Assembly (NCBI GenBank): GCA_002269645.1
Contig: NIVC01000757.1
Coordinates: 21,036-85,035, forward strand
DNA from: Macrostomum lignano
Taxonomy: Eukaryota
Reading direction: 5' to 3'
DNA: 64,000 bases
A program made the translations under genes and the position numbers. The stretch's first letter is position 1; each line of letters opens with the position of its first letter. The notes beneath the pieces are model-generated. The model saw only the letters and a program-made list of their open reading frames with translations. It ran no database searches and was not told where the DNA came from. This document shows positions 25,201 through 37,411 of this stretch, piece by piece.

Positions 25201-25599
25201 ACTTTAATTTTTGCTGCGCGTGTTTGCGTTGCTCTACTTACAGTAGCATTTTATGAATAAATTACCCTCTAAAATATCTCCTTTTTACGAAAAATTCGTC
25301 CCGAATTTAAAATGGAAGGTTGAAAGGTATAAGAACTTGAGCATGTGTTTATAAAAACTATTTTTAACAAGTCTTGTGGGTATTTAGTTATGGGTAGTTA
25401 CGAGCGTAGGTTATAAAAGTTAATTAAGACTAAGTTGATATACGCATGCAATGTATAATCCCAATAATCAGACTTTAGTTATCACGGAGGGTCATTCAGT
25501 TATGATTCTTTTTTATTTCGGCAGTTAATCTCGCGGTTGGCCATGGCAAATTTTAAATGGGCTCGTATTCTGCTGATTCAGTTGCGTCTAGGAAGTCTA

Positions 25600-25960
25600 A
25601 GTAGATCTCTTCAGGCGTATTGTTCTTCGACGAAATCGCGTATTGGCATGCTGGTTTTGCTGCTAGAAGTCGAGCTGATACACTAGAAGTCTTCGGTATG
25701 TCTCGCTTTTGCCGTTTCATGGCTTCTTCTCAAGGATAGGTTCCATTTACCACTTTCAAGAACATACCTTTATCCATAGGCTTAAGCACTATTGGTATCT
25801 CTTGGTCGGATAGGATTAGTTCTTTTTGCATTTTAAGTGTGTGTAACTCGGTTGCTTAGGAAATGTAAGAGCTAGGTCTCCTGAGTCGGCAAGGAAGGTG
25901 TTGGATAGCAGTTTTCATTGAACAGTGTGGTATTTTTGTTGTTTGCAGTCAATTTCCGTT
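25600..25960 (-). mobile_element. Possible degenerate pogo/Tigger-type DDE transposase remnant
   Basis: The minus strand gives KRKLTANNKN.TLF and IVLKPMDKG (compare the pogo LQPMDQG motif), with many stops. Confidence 0.35.
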
Positions 25961-26459
25961 TTAACCTCCTATGTGATGAAATTGTAGTGATCCGCTAGTA
26001 ATCGTTAGGCGTCCCACTCTGTCAGCAGTTGCCCTCGCCTTCGCTCTCGCCCTGGGCTGCTGTCTGCCGCTGGGCAGCTTCCCGTCCCTTTGGTCTGTCT
26101 GCTGCTGCTCCCCCTTTCTGTTCCTCTTACTTGACTTACTTGACTTAGCTGCAGGGGGCTCCGTGCGTCCGGAAACAGCGAGGAGGCGTTGCCGCCCATT
26201 TCGCTAACCCCTGGCAACTTTCTGTTCCTCGTTGTCCCTTCGTTTCGCAGCCCCCAGCTTCTCTGCTGTGGGCTGTCCTTGTTTCGTCAGTCTTGTTCTC
26301 CCTTGTCATGTGAGCTAGTCACATGACAGTGCCTTGCTTTCTTGGAGTCCTAAAGTGCAGTAAACAACTTTACTGCCTTTGCCGGTCCTGTTTACCGGGG
26401 AGTCACATGCTTTCGGTACACTCCCTTCTCTAAGGAGAGGAGTGTGCACTCTGCCGGGG

Positions 26460-26875
26460 GACCCCAAGTGACGTCAGTTCTAAAAAATAGAACGAGTCAC
26501 GGGGTCCCGAGTGCAAGGGGACTCTGCCCAGAGGCCAGGAGTGACGTCAGTTCTAAAAATAGAACAAGTCACGAGATCTTGTGCAATGGGTCAGAGGTGG
26601 ATCCCGCGCTATAAATAGGACCCCTCTCCCCCTTGTTTCCGTTAAGGGTCTTCTTTCTGTCCAACCTCGAGTTCTACATCCGCGTGTGACTAAGTCCCGA
26701 GTGTCTGAGTCTTTGCGTACATTGAGTCTATTCCTATTGGTCCGACTGAGACCCGATCAAGCCGGGAAGCTCACCTCATCGAAGGCCGAGACCCGAAGGG
26801 ACTGGTGGCAGCACTACCTACGCTACTGCGCGCTGAGAGGACTTCCCGCTGAAGGGGCACGAGGCTTAAGGTAAT
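26460..26875 (+). promoter_or_regulatory. LTR-like promoter module 4 (duplicated ~33-bp CRE-containing unit at 26468 and 26541, TATAAATA 26610, AAG|GTAATC donor 26871)
   Basis: GTGACGTCAGTTCTAAAAA(A)TAGAAC(G/A)AGTCACG occurs twice; TATA and donor read directly. Confidence 0.4.
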
Positions 26876-26904
26876 CCGCAAGGGCCTAATCCGGGAAGCA
26901 AACA

Positions 26905-28040
26905 GCGTGTACTTCAAAATATTTGCGGGTTCGGCTCGGCTCCTGATATCGGGAGTCCGTTTTGTGTTCGACTATTGTTCACTAGTAGAAAACGCTGAAA
27001 CATAGGGCCTTTGCAGCTATACGGCAGAGACAGCGCCTTCATGCAATAGACCAGATGCCTCGGAATCATTCTAGACCACCTGGTTAAACTGCTCCTTCCA
27101 CGTGAAAGTAAAAGCCAAGCAGGCCATCCCAGCCCAGCTCCGGCGAGCACTTGGCACTTTCTGGGGTTTATCACCAAAGCGTCTTTGGTGGATCTACATT
27201 TTTGTGTTTATACCTGCCATTGCGTACGCTTCTGTTGCCTGTGTTAGCGCCACCCAGGTCAAAACCCATGCAGAGTTGCTCAACACGATCCAGGGTGGAG
27301 TGTGTAGGCTTATCTGCAACGCCACTAGGTCCACGCCTTTTGCAAGCATGGGGGCCTTCCTTGATTTACCGCCTCTCGACCTCTTCGTCAGGGGTGAGGC
27401 GGCTAGAACGACGCGGCGTCTACTAGATGCCGTCGTCAAATTCCTCTACATGAGAGCACCTGCTAAGCGGAACCTCGTTCAACGTAGTGACCTGTGCCTC
27501 AATATTCTTAACGAGTGTCAGGCCTATCGCGTCTTCACCGAGGCATTGACTCAAAGCTGTATCTGAGACAACGCTACAACAAACAAAATTACCCTTTAGT
27601 GGGTTCTGGGGCACGTGAAGATCCGAGGGAATGAGCTGGCAAAAGTTGGCGTCCCCGGCTCCTCTCTCGGGCCCGAACCCCTTGTCCTGATTCCCGTCTG
27701 TGTCATTGATTCGCGCATCAAAGCGTGGATCAGGACCCAGTACCGGTCACCCAGCCCTCTCACCAACTCCGAATGCTCCTCTTGCGCCTCTCGCGAGGAG
27801 ACATTCGGGCTGCCACCATGACCTTCTTGGGTCACGGCTGCTTCTCCAGGCACCAGTACTTACAGGGCAATGCCACTGTAGTGCAACTGTAGTTTCTGCA
27901 ACTCAAGTGATCAAACTGCTGAGCATTTTGTCAGCATCTATCTCGCCTTTACGCGAGCCAGACTCACTTACCTCGGGCCACACACATCAATTACTGAAGC
28001 GTGCAAACCCGAAAATTTTAATCAGCTGCATCAAACGGAC
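26905..28040 (+). mobile_element. Degenerate second copy of the RNase H-bearing LINE family (RT thumb/connection region to CCHC end, internal deletion)
   Basis: RRALGTFWGLSPK..WWIY...IPAIAYA...NATRSTP......LDLPPLDL is the typical LOA/R1-group post-RT motif. 27580-28035 aligns at DNA level to 14150-14670. Confidence 0.8.
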
Positions 28041-28212
28041 ATCGACGTCGTGTTGGCTGCAGGAGACCTTCGTAACCATCATGGTTTTTCTTCGATCTTG
28101 TCAAAGGCGTCAGGGACTACCGCATCTGAAACTGCTACCTCAGATGTATCTGGGGTGTCTCATTCCAGCCGCTTTGGCTTGCCACTGACGTTAAGTGATG
28201 CCGTGGCACTCA

Positions 28213-28540
28213 ACACATGTAGAAATTCGTCGAAGGTACTTCAGAGAGTGAAAAGTTGGCTAGTAATGTTTTCACTACATAGATCACCGCTAGATTCCCC
28301 CACCTTCCAAATAAGGTGAGTGAATTGAATCATGAACAGCTACGGGACCTGTTGCCGCGATTCTTCTACGAAGTTCGCAAACAAAATGGAGAACGCTATC
28401 CGGCGGGATCGATTGTCTCCATCGCCGCAGGACTACAATGTATGGCCTGTACCAGCAGTAGACAACCACCTGTGGACTTCTTTTGTGGCCCGGACTTCAA
28501 AGTAATCACGGACTCAATAGATGCTGCCAATCAATATTAT
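28213..28540 (+). mobile_element. Crypton/DUF3504-like tyrosine-recombinase transposon remnant
   Basis: ELNHEQLRDLLPRFFYEVRKQNGERYPAGSIVSIAAGLQ resembles the conserved L..F..EVRK.NG..Y...S....GLQ block of Crypton-derived DUF3504 proteins. It is truncated. Confidence 0.6.
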
Positions 28541-28634
28541 CTCCATCAAATTCAAGTCAATCAAGACTCTCTCTGTAAAATTGAGATCTATAAAGATATG
28601 CTTTCTACTTGTCTAGTATATAATGTATATAATA

Positions 28635-28960
28635 GGGAGTGTAGCCTACTGGCTAGAGCGTCGGACTCACGATTTGAAGGTCGGCGGTTCGATTCCCGAT
28701 CCCACTGGAACAATTTGTGTCCTTGAGCAAGACACTAAACTCTGCATTGCTTCAGTTCACCCAGCTGTAAAATGGGTGCCAGCATTAGCTGGGATGATTG
28801 AGGGTGTGTGTGGCGATCCCCCAGTCCTTGGACTGAACAGCTCAGCCGCAGCTTTCAGATGTGCTGTGCAATAGCTGCGACTGAGCTGTCGGGTGCACAT
28901 CTGGCCCAATTGGGAACAGGCGTAATCAATTATTATTATTATTATTATCATTATTAGTAT
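28635..28960 (+). mobile_element. CORE-type SINE family B, copy 2, with (ATT)n tail
   Basis: tRNA-like head TGTAGCCTACTGGCTAGAGCG...GGTTCGATTCCC, then the CORE-like block, then an ATT repeat tail. Confidence 0.88.
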
Positions 28961-29661
28961 CAAAAATTCAAGGTAGAGGCGTCAGTGGTTAGGGTTATTA
29001 GGGTTAGGGTTAGCCTTATTTGATCGTTCTTTCATTTCATTGAATTTAGCATGGTTTGAATTGAAGAAAACGCAAGGCGGCTTTGTGTAATATTCAAATA
29101 TTATATTTACAAAGGCACACTCCATCCACAGTAAGGAAAAGTTTTAAATTAAGAAGAAAACAAATTAGTGGAATCTAGTAACGCTTATGAAATTGACATA
29201 GAAAATGCAATAAGGAGAACCAATAATCGACTTCTTACCGACGATCGACACCTACATGTATAATGCACGTTGCTACTTAATTTTTAATTGTATATTAACC
29301 CGCAACCCCACCAGCAGAGACAGAAAGAAAAAGCGGCGGCTGGCAGCGAGCACGAAGCAGCAATGAGAAGGGGAAGTCAACTTGAAAGCCCCCGTCGTGC
29401 GGCGGGGGAGGGCGTGAGGGAGAAGACGGCGCAAGTGGGGTGGGGTTAACACACTTGACACTGAGGCCCACGCAGCAAGCCTAGAGTAAAGTAGGCATCC
29501 TTTAAATCAACTATGGTCTCCACGTGGCTTGCTCGTCATTGCGCCCTAATTTCTTCTCAAGCGAAAGCAGTTAGACTCAAGCGATCGCCTCCATTTAAAG
29601 ACACTTACGCCTTACGAATTATTAGACTTAAAAGGACCACCAATATAATTAGTGTATTATA

Positions 29662-31125
29662 ATGCTGCTGCTTCCTGTGGCCCTGGCTGCACTGCTCAGC
29701 TGCTCTCACGCGCACAAAATTTTCCAGTCCCGAATCCCGAACGGCGACCGCGTCCCGAACCCGTGCCAGCCAGGCGCCATCTGGGCCGGAGTCGGACACG
29801 AAAGCCCCGCCGGCGCCAATGCGAGAAACCCCTTCGGCTTGGACTTCAAGGCGGCCGGGCTCCAGTGGACGATCGACCTGTGCCGCAAGGACTCGGACGG
29901 CGACGGACTCAAAAACGGCCAAGAGCTCGGAGACCCCGACTGCGTGTGGAAGGTCGGTGCGGCTCCAGCGCGAACGACTGGACTGTCCCACCCTGGCATC
30001 TGCCCGCTCGACTCCGCGACGTGCAAGAACTCGTGGACCGTGTGTCCGAAGGCCTTCAGCTGTCCAGCACTTGACAGTGTCAACGTGACCGTCAGGAACT
30101 TCACCCTTAAACCGACTGCCGTGCCCGCCACTGAGACCACCTACATCTGTCAGGCGTTCGAGCTGAACAACACAGCCTCTCCGGTTCACCTGATCGGATC
30201 GAGGCCGATCATCGACAACAAGAACGTCATGCACCACATGATTATGTATGCCTGCACTGCAAAACCCGCAGAGACACTTTTCAACAGTCCACAACCGTGT
30301 TTAATGCTCATTGAAAACTGCACCGAGTTGATGAACGTCTGGGCCTACGGACTTGAAGGTGAGTGCATCAACAGCAACGCGGGGTTCCGAATCGGCGGTG
30401 ATGGCCTTCGGTACGGAGTTTTGCAGCTTCACTGGAACAACCCGATGAAACATTCAGGCTACACCGATGCATCTGGCTTTGCTCTTTACTTTGCACAAAA
30501 CCTTCGACCATACGACATGGGAACTCTTATGTATGGCGAGATAAATCTCGTTCTTCCACCGCGACAGCCGTTAATCAGCGTGAACCACACGTGCCCTTCG
30601 GTGTGCACGAACCGGTACCACACTGAGACTCGCTACATCACCGCAGCATTCATCCACATGCACGCTTATGGCATTAAAGGACGCATCTCGTTGTGGAGAA
30701 ACGGAACTATGATTAAAGACCTGTCTCCTCTTCAAGTGTACGATTACAACTCACCGGAGATTCATGCTTTCGACCCACCGATCGAATACCGGAAAGGTGA
30801 CGAAGTAAAGACCGAATGCTATTACAGCACACTAAAAACCAACGTTTCAATCTTCTATGGCGAAGGCACCAGAGATGAAATGTGCTTCGCATTTGTATAC
30901 TACTATCCGAACAATGTAGCCCAAAGTAACCATGACAAGCTCGGACACTGTGTCGTAGTATCTGGAATCAACCAGTGCTGGGTGGAGAGCGGCATCACTC
31001 CCCAAGTTGAGAGGGGTTGCAACATCACCGCGATGCGAAACGGTGACATGCCGAAACGAGTTTATTCTGAAATGGCCGCCAACAAGTGCTTCTCTCGGAC
31101 CGGCTGCGACCCGCTGTGGCTCTAA
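29662..31125 (+). CDS. Temptin-domain copper monooxygenase, paralogue 3 (487 aa, 3'-truncated, no TM)
   Basis: Signal peptide, temptin domain and all six Cu ligands are intact. Homology stops after GACCCGCTGTG at ~31119; TAA at 31123-31125 is followed by AATAAA at 31133-31138. Confidence 0.82.
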   Translation: MLLLPVALAALLSCSHAHKIFQSRIPNGDRVPNPCQPGAIWAGVGHESPAGANARNPFGLDFKAAGLQWTIDLCRKDSDGDGLKNGQELGDPDCVWKVGAAPARTTGLSHPGICPLDSATCKNSWTVCPKAFSCPALDSVNVTVRNFTLKPTAVPATETTYICQAFELNNTASPVHLIGSRPIIDNKNVMHHMIMYACTAKPAETLFNSPQPCLMLIENCTELMNVWAYGLEGECINSNAGFRIGGDGLRYGVLQLHWNNPMKHSGYTDASGFALYFAQNLRPYDMGTLMYGEINLVLPPRQPLISVNHTCPSVCTNRYHTETRYITAAFIHMHAYGIKGRISLWRNGTMIKDLSPLQVYDYNSPEIHAFDPPIEYRKGDEVKTECYYSTLKTNVSIFYGEGTRDEMCFAFVYYYPNNVAQSNHDKLGHCVVVSGINQCWVESGITPQVERGCNITAMRNGDMPKRVYSEMAANKCFSRTGCDPLWL

Positions 31126-31202
31126 TACTGGAAATAAAAGTTAGTTATAGATAGAGCCACAGTGAGAGTCCTAGAAGACTACGGCAAAGTTCAATATTTA
31201 AC

Positions 31203-31438
31203 ACCGACAGCTCAGCCGCAGCTACTGCAGCTATCTGTAGGCTGCGTACGGCTGTTCAGTCCAAGGTCTGGGGAGTCACCACACACAGCCTCAATTACCC
31301 CAGCTAATTCTGGCACTCATTTTACAGCTGAGTGAACTGAGGCAATGCAGAGTCAAGTGTCTTGCTCAAGGACACTAATTATTCCAAGTCGACCTTCAAG
31401 TCGTGAGTCCGACGCTCTAAGCACCCGGCTTCAATCCC
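31203..31438 (-). mobile_element. CORE-type SINE family B, copy 3
   Basis: Aligns to the other family B copies, with deletions. Confidence 0.82.
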
Positions 31439-32299
31439 CCATCTAGGCTACGAGTAAAAAGCATTAGCCTAATTAAGAATTAAAGCCACCTGTAAGAGAA
31501 GAACTGCACTTTACGCATGAAAAATAAACTATTATGACAATTATTATGACTATAGTCATAGATGAACTTATATGGCAGCTACGGTAGGGCAGACTTGTGA
31601 ACCTAAAAACGTAAACGTAAACTTCAAGTTTATTTTTTTCATAAAACTTCCGCGACTCATGTGAAGTTATTTACGAACTAGCTAGTTTGGCCTAATTACT
31701 AATAAGCATTAACAGTCTCTTTAAAACTGTTTTCCACTAACTTTTTGTACATGTAAATATGATAGGTAAATTAAAAAAATCACGATTATGGTTCGCAAAT
31801 TAAAATTCGGATCTTGTCAAAAAAGCAAAAGTTCGACACTGTATTAGTTTCAGCTCTCATTCTTTTGCTTTTTTATATTTAAGAAAACCGTTTCTTCTTT
31901 CTGCCACCTAATGTTAACTTACATTTAACTTTAACATTACTCTTTGTGAATTAACTTTGAGACATACTGAGAATCCCTACTCAAAAGTTCAGACTTTTTA
32001 ATTTTACTGTTGGACTATTTTCAATACAACTCGTACACTAAAACGTTTGCATAATCCCCTGACCAGTAATGCAACTGCTGTATTCAAAGCATTAAGTAGC
32101 CCGCTCTCCAATCAGTTAAACCGCGAGTCGTGTTGTATGCTATTTTTGAGAGGAACCATAAGCCACAGAATAGACACAGAATGGCGAATCGGCAGTTCTC
32201 TATGAAAGCGAAAATAAATGCACTTGCACTACTAACGTTGTGAAGCTGATAAGTAGCTGCATTTTTTTGACGCAAAGTTGAATTTAAAAGTCTAGCTCA

Positions 32300-32666
32300 A
32301 GACAGCCTTTGAAAGCCTTTGCTGCGCTAACCTTGTAATTAATTTGTTCATAACGGTGCGTGCGCAAAGTCATGAGCAGTCATCAGCGAAGTGCTGGCTG
32401 CAGACGCACGCATTCTTCTACTTTGCCTCGTTCTTCCTGCCCAGCAGGTCAGCTCCGGAGATGCGCTTAGCCCAATCTTTTCATCTAAAACGAAAAGGGG
32501 TGTGGTAACGTAAAAACGCTATTATAATTTTTAAGAATTATCGAGCTGCCACTCACCGCTCTCTGGCTGCTGGAAACCGGTGAAATCTAGTGCCCGGCGG
32601 ACACTTGCCGGCGTAGTTGAGGCATCCGTATGCAGCGCACTGAAGCCTCGAAGCAGACGCAGTCAT
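32300..32666 (-). pseudogene. Second THAP-domain pseudogene with one intron (exon 32666-32557, intron 32556-32485, exon from 32484)
   Basis: Translation MTASASRLQCAAYGCLN...RFHRFP..RER*KDWAKRI...*KNACVCSQHFADDC keeps the THAP C2CH pattern. GTGAGT donor and TTTTAG acceptor are phase-compatible. It has in-frame stops. Confidence 0.72.
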
Positions 32667-33684
32667 GCAAAAACAGTATCACAAAAAACTGCGTATTCAA
32701 ACTCTAGCAGATATGCCTTCGGTATTAGCACTTTTGAAGCCAAACCTTGCTTCAGCAGCACCAGCTTGGGCCATAGAGTATGCAATACAGCAAAGACAGG
32801 CTAGCGCTCGTGCTAGAACGCCCAAGGCATGCTGTCTATGGAACTAACTTAAAGCGCAGAGGCACCAGAAGGCAGGGCCAGCCTTTAAGTAGTTTCTAAA
32901 ATAGCACAGTTTGGAAGGGGGTGGGTTGGTTGGTTGGTGGGTTGGAGGTTGGGTGGGTTCGCTCAATGTAAGCAGATACACGAAGACGAAAAAATACAGT
33001 TGGCGATGGAGCACATCAAAATTCATTTTTTAATTTTGTCATTCGTATAATAATATTACGATAACTTCTACAAGGAGTGGATATAAAAGAGTTTAAAAAA
33101 TATTGCACATTGCAATTTTAAGTAGTGCAAAAACATTTATTGGATTGAGTAGCTATGGCGATCGAAAAGTGTAGCAAATATTTGTGTACCGCGTTTGACA
33201 ACTATAATGCTTAATGTGTGCATAATGTAAGAGGATGACAAGGCTCGTGTGTACGAGCGTAATTGCAAAGTTGTACTCAAATATTAGAAAGTAAAATTAC
33301 CGGTTCCATTGGAGAGTTATAGATCGAATAGTGAATGCTAAATAAACCAAACATGTAAGTGTTAATAAGTGTGGCAATATTAAAGTGTAAAAAAAGAGGA
33401 TAGAAAACGTTGCAAAGGGCAGGACATTTTAGGCCGAATGAATAGTTATAGAGTGAAAGTTATTCTGGAGTGAGGTGTCAAAGATCAGGTTGCTGCTGAG
33501 CCACAGCTGGGGACGAAATGTGCGCCAGCCCTCGGAGGCAGTCCAGGTGGCAGTCAAGCGGCCCATCCTCTCGCCAATTAAGGTTGCAAGCCCTCTCAGC
33601 GCCGATGTGGCTGAGCGAGGTGAGGTTGACGACGGCCAGCAGCTTGTTGAAGCGTGTCGACAGGCCGCAGCACGTGTGATGCTG

Positions 33685-34279
33685 CGCTTCCGGACATTTG
33701 CCCTCCGGCACTTCCCCTCCGGCACTTGCCCTCCGGCACTTCCCCTCGGCGGCGTTTGCCCTCCGGACATTTGCCCTCCGGGACATTTCCCCTCCGGACA
33801 TTTGCCCTCCGGACATTTCCCCTCGGGGACATTTGCCCTCCGGACATTTGCCCTCCGGACATTTCCCCTCCGCACATTTGCCCTCTGCAAATTTACCCCC
33901 TCGCACATTACTCACCTCACCTCCTCCTGTACCCACCCGTCGTTCCTCCAGCACCAACCTCATCCTCCCGCCTCTTGCATCCATCAGGTTCTTCTCCAGC
34001 CAACAACTCATCCTTTTCTAGTAAGCAATATATACCCGCGCCCTACCCTATCCCCAGCCTTACCTGTACTTTTCCAGAGGGGAAATGTCCGGAGGGCAAA
34101 TGTCCGGAGGGGAAATGTCCCCGAGGGCAAATGTCCCCGAGGGCAAATGTCCGGAGGGCAAATGTCCGGAGGGCAAATGTCCCCGAGGGCAAATGTCCTC
34201 GAGGGCAAATGTCCGGAGGGGAAATGCCGGAGGGCAAATGTCCGGAGGGCAAATGCCGGAGGGCAAATGTCCGGTAGCC
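33685..34279. mobile_element. Foldback-type non-autonomous DNA transposon (Mutator/MULE-like), 9-bp TSD GTGATGCTG
   Basis: ~15-bp units CCGGACATTTGCCCT (33690-33890) and their inverse AGGGCAAATGTCCGG (34075-34275) form long inverted arms. GTGATGCTG flanks both ends (33676-33684 and 34280-34288). Confidence 0.85.
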
Positions 34280-34699
34280 GTGATGCTGGCATTCCACCAT
34301 CATTCGGGTGCTCGTCGCGGCGCAGTCCGCTGGCAGTTTGTTTTCGTAGACGAGCCACGTTAAGAAGCCGCCACTTCACAGATGCTCTTGGTGAAGCTTG
34401 CAGGAGGGTAAGATCGATTGGGATGCAAAGAATTGTGACATCCATGAGTCTGCGGCCGGCGCGAATTTCGGTCGCCGTCTAAAGGGCGCGACATTGGTTC
34501 GCACCTCGCAGGTGTAGGTCCCGGTCGCTGGTAGCGCTTTTGGCGCTGCTGCTGTTGCCGCCGTAGGTGCTGATGTTGGCACTGCTGTTTTCACAGGCGC
34601 TGCCGCTACTGTGTGTGTGTGTGTGTCGTCGGAACGAGTAACCGACCAGAGCCACTCCGGGTTTGGCTGACCGAAGGAATCTTAACACCAAGTCCTCAT

Positions 34700-35000
34700 T
34701 ACTTAAGTCCTCAAGCAAGTGCGCATCGAGAGCTCACCGAAGCCAGTCTCACTTAGGGCACAGGAACCAGTGATCTTTGTCTTCAGTACTCCCGCATTCG
34801 GGGAAAGGCTCGGGGGTGCCAGCCCCACTATCTGACTCCAGTAGTTAGTGAGGCGACAGTGTCCCGTGCGTAACTGCGAGAGTCGAAACTTTATGGTTGG
34901 TGGTAATTCTGGCGATTTTTCCTTTTGGTAGATCTTCTTGAGCCTGTCATCATTAGGACCCCAAGTCTGCGAAGCTTTGATATGTCGCCGGGTCACATCG
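34700..35000 (-). mobile_element. LINE 3'-end fragment
   Basis: FRLSQLRTGHCRLTNY..QIVG matches the L.QLRTGH motif before the C-terminal zinc knuckle of non-LTR elements. Confidence 0.6.
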
Positions 35001-35726
35001 TAGTCGAGGGTCAGCTCCAGGTCCTACGGGCAGGTCCTAACGAAGAAGATGTGACACGCGAATGAGCAACGTGAGCAACAAAAATTTGCTGAACTCTTTT
35101 TTTAATATAGATTAATTGAAGTTATTCATCCAGAGGCGCAGGACCGAATGAATAGGTAAAATAATTTCTTGGCCCGAAATTCATAACGCACGTTCCACGC
35201 ATGCGCACAAGCATATTCCCCAACTTGAATGAGTTTATCTGTCACACGCATTATGCCAGTCTACTAGAAAAAATCGATGCTTATCCGGCTGCCGAATGGT
35301 TTCCTACTCTTCCAGCCCCCAACGCATGCTAGAAAAGCAGCTCTGGGCTCACGCAGGCGTTGCAATGCCATTACTCTAAGTTAGACTACTAGGAGGCCAG
35401 TAAATTGTGAATCTCTTTCTTCTTACACCACTGCTCTTCCTGGTGCAGTTCCACCCCCATACAAACCCAATACACTGGGCAATGGGTTGAAGGACAAACT
35501 TGAAACATGCTTGCTGACTGCCCAAACTACTGCTGACTACCCACCTCTTATTATCCATATTAAAACAGCTGTTTCTGTCTACCTCCCTCTTTCCGCACAG
35601 AAATTCTTCTTTTGGTTTCTGTCTTAGAGAGATTAGAGATCATTGACCTCCATCTAAATACTATTAAGTTACGCATTACGCATTTTTAAAATATCCAGAT
35701 ATATACGAGCGAATTAGTATACCATA

Positions 35727-37411
35727 ATGCTGCTGCTTTCTGTGGCTCTGGCCGCACTGCTCAGCTGCTCTCACGCACACAAAATTTTCCAGTCCCGAAT
35801 CCCGAACGGCGATCGCGTCCCGAACCCGTGCCAGCCAGGCGCCATCTGGGCCGGAGTCGGACACCAGAGTCCCGCCGGCGCTAACGCGAGAAACCCCTTC
35901 GGCTTGGACTTCAAGGCGGCCGGGCTCCAGTGGACGGTCGACCTGTGCCGCAAGGACTCAGACGGCGACGGACTCACGAACGGCCAAGAGCTCGGAGACC
36001 CCGACTGCGTGTGGAAGGTCGGTGCGGCTCCGTCGAGAACGACTGGACTGTCCCACCCTGGCATCTGCCCGCTCGACTCCGCGACGTGCAAGAACTCGTG
36101 GACCGTGTGTCCGAAGGCCTTCAGCTGTCCAGCATTCGAAGAGCCCGGTGTTTTCGTGAGAAACTTCACCCTCAAACCGACTCCCGTGCCGCCACAGAGA
36201 CAACCTACATCTGTCAGGCGTTCGAGCTGAACAACACTGCCTCTCCGGTTCACCTGATCGGATCGAGGCCGATCATTGACAACAAGAACGTCATGCACCA
36301 CATGATTATGTATGTCTGCAATGTCAAGCCCGCAGAGACGCTTTTCAATAATTCACAACCGTGTTTCATGCCCATTGGAAACTGCACCGAGTTGCTGAAC
36401 CTCTGGGCCTATGGACTCGAAGGTGAGTGCATCAACAGCAACGCGGGATTCCGATTTGGCGGTGAGGGTATTCGGTATGGAGTTTTGCAGCTTCACTGGA
36501 ACAACCCGATGAGGATTTCTAACTACACAGATGCTTCTGGCTTCGCTCTTTACTTTACACAAAACCTTCGACCATACGACTTGGGAACTCTTATGTATGG
36601 CGAGATAAATCTTGTTCTTCCACCGCGACAGCCGTTGATCAGCGTGAACCACACGTGCCCTTCGGTGTGCACGAACCGGTACCACACTGAGACTCGCTAC
36701 ATCACCGCCGTACTCATTCACATGCACGCTTATGGCATTAAAGGACGCATCTCGCTGTGGAGAAACGGAACTATGATTAAAGACCTGTCTCCTCTTCAAG
36801 TGTACGATTTCAAATCCCCGAAGGTGCACACTTTCGACCCACCGATCGAATACCGGAAAGGTGACGAAGTAAAGACCGAATGCTACTACAGCACACTAAA
36901 AAGCAACGTTACCATCTTCCTTGGAGAAGGCGCCAGAGATGAAATGTGTTTCGCTTTGATATACTACTATCCGAACAATGTAGCCCAAACTAACCATGAC
37001 AAGCTCGGACACTGTGTCGCTGTATCTGGAATCAACCGGTGCTGGGTGGAGAGCGGCATCACTCCTCAGATCGAGAGGGGTTGCAACATCACCGCGATGC
37101 GAAACGGTGACATGCCGAAACGAGTTTATTCTGAAATGGCCGCCAACAAGTGCTTCTCTCGGACCGGCTGCGACCCGCTGTGCCGCAACTACCTGGAGAA
37201 CACTCTCTGGCCCAACAATGCCTGCTACGACCCGAAGCGCTCGCGTCAAATGGCCGAAGTGTTGGCTCTGGGTGTCTTTCAGCTCAATGCGGCTGTGACC
37301 CGTACCATCTCGGCTACTCTGTTCGGTCAGAGATTTTGCGAGCAGGAGATCAAAATGCTGGCAGAGATGAACCGACAGGCTGCTCCAGCTCAGACAAATA
37401 CCATCGCCTAA
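35727..37411 (+). CDS. Temptin-domain copper monooxygenase, paralogue 4 (1-bp frameshift at ~36189-36190; 561 aa if repaired; TM eroded)
   Basis: ORF 35727 carries the signal peptide and temptin domain; the overlapping frame from ~36191 carries all six Cu ligands. GTGCCGCC here corresponds to GTGCCCGCC in copies 2, 3 and 5. Confidence 0.8.

Noticed and set aside
28989-29013. TTAGGG-like repeats (interstitial telomere)
   Set aside because: Only about three imperfect units; too short to indicate a telomere relic.
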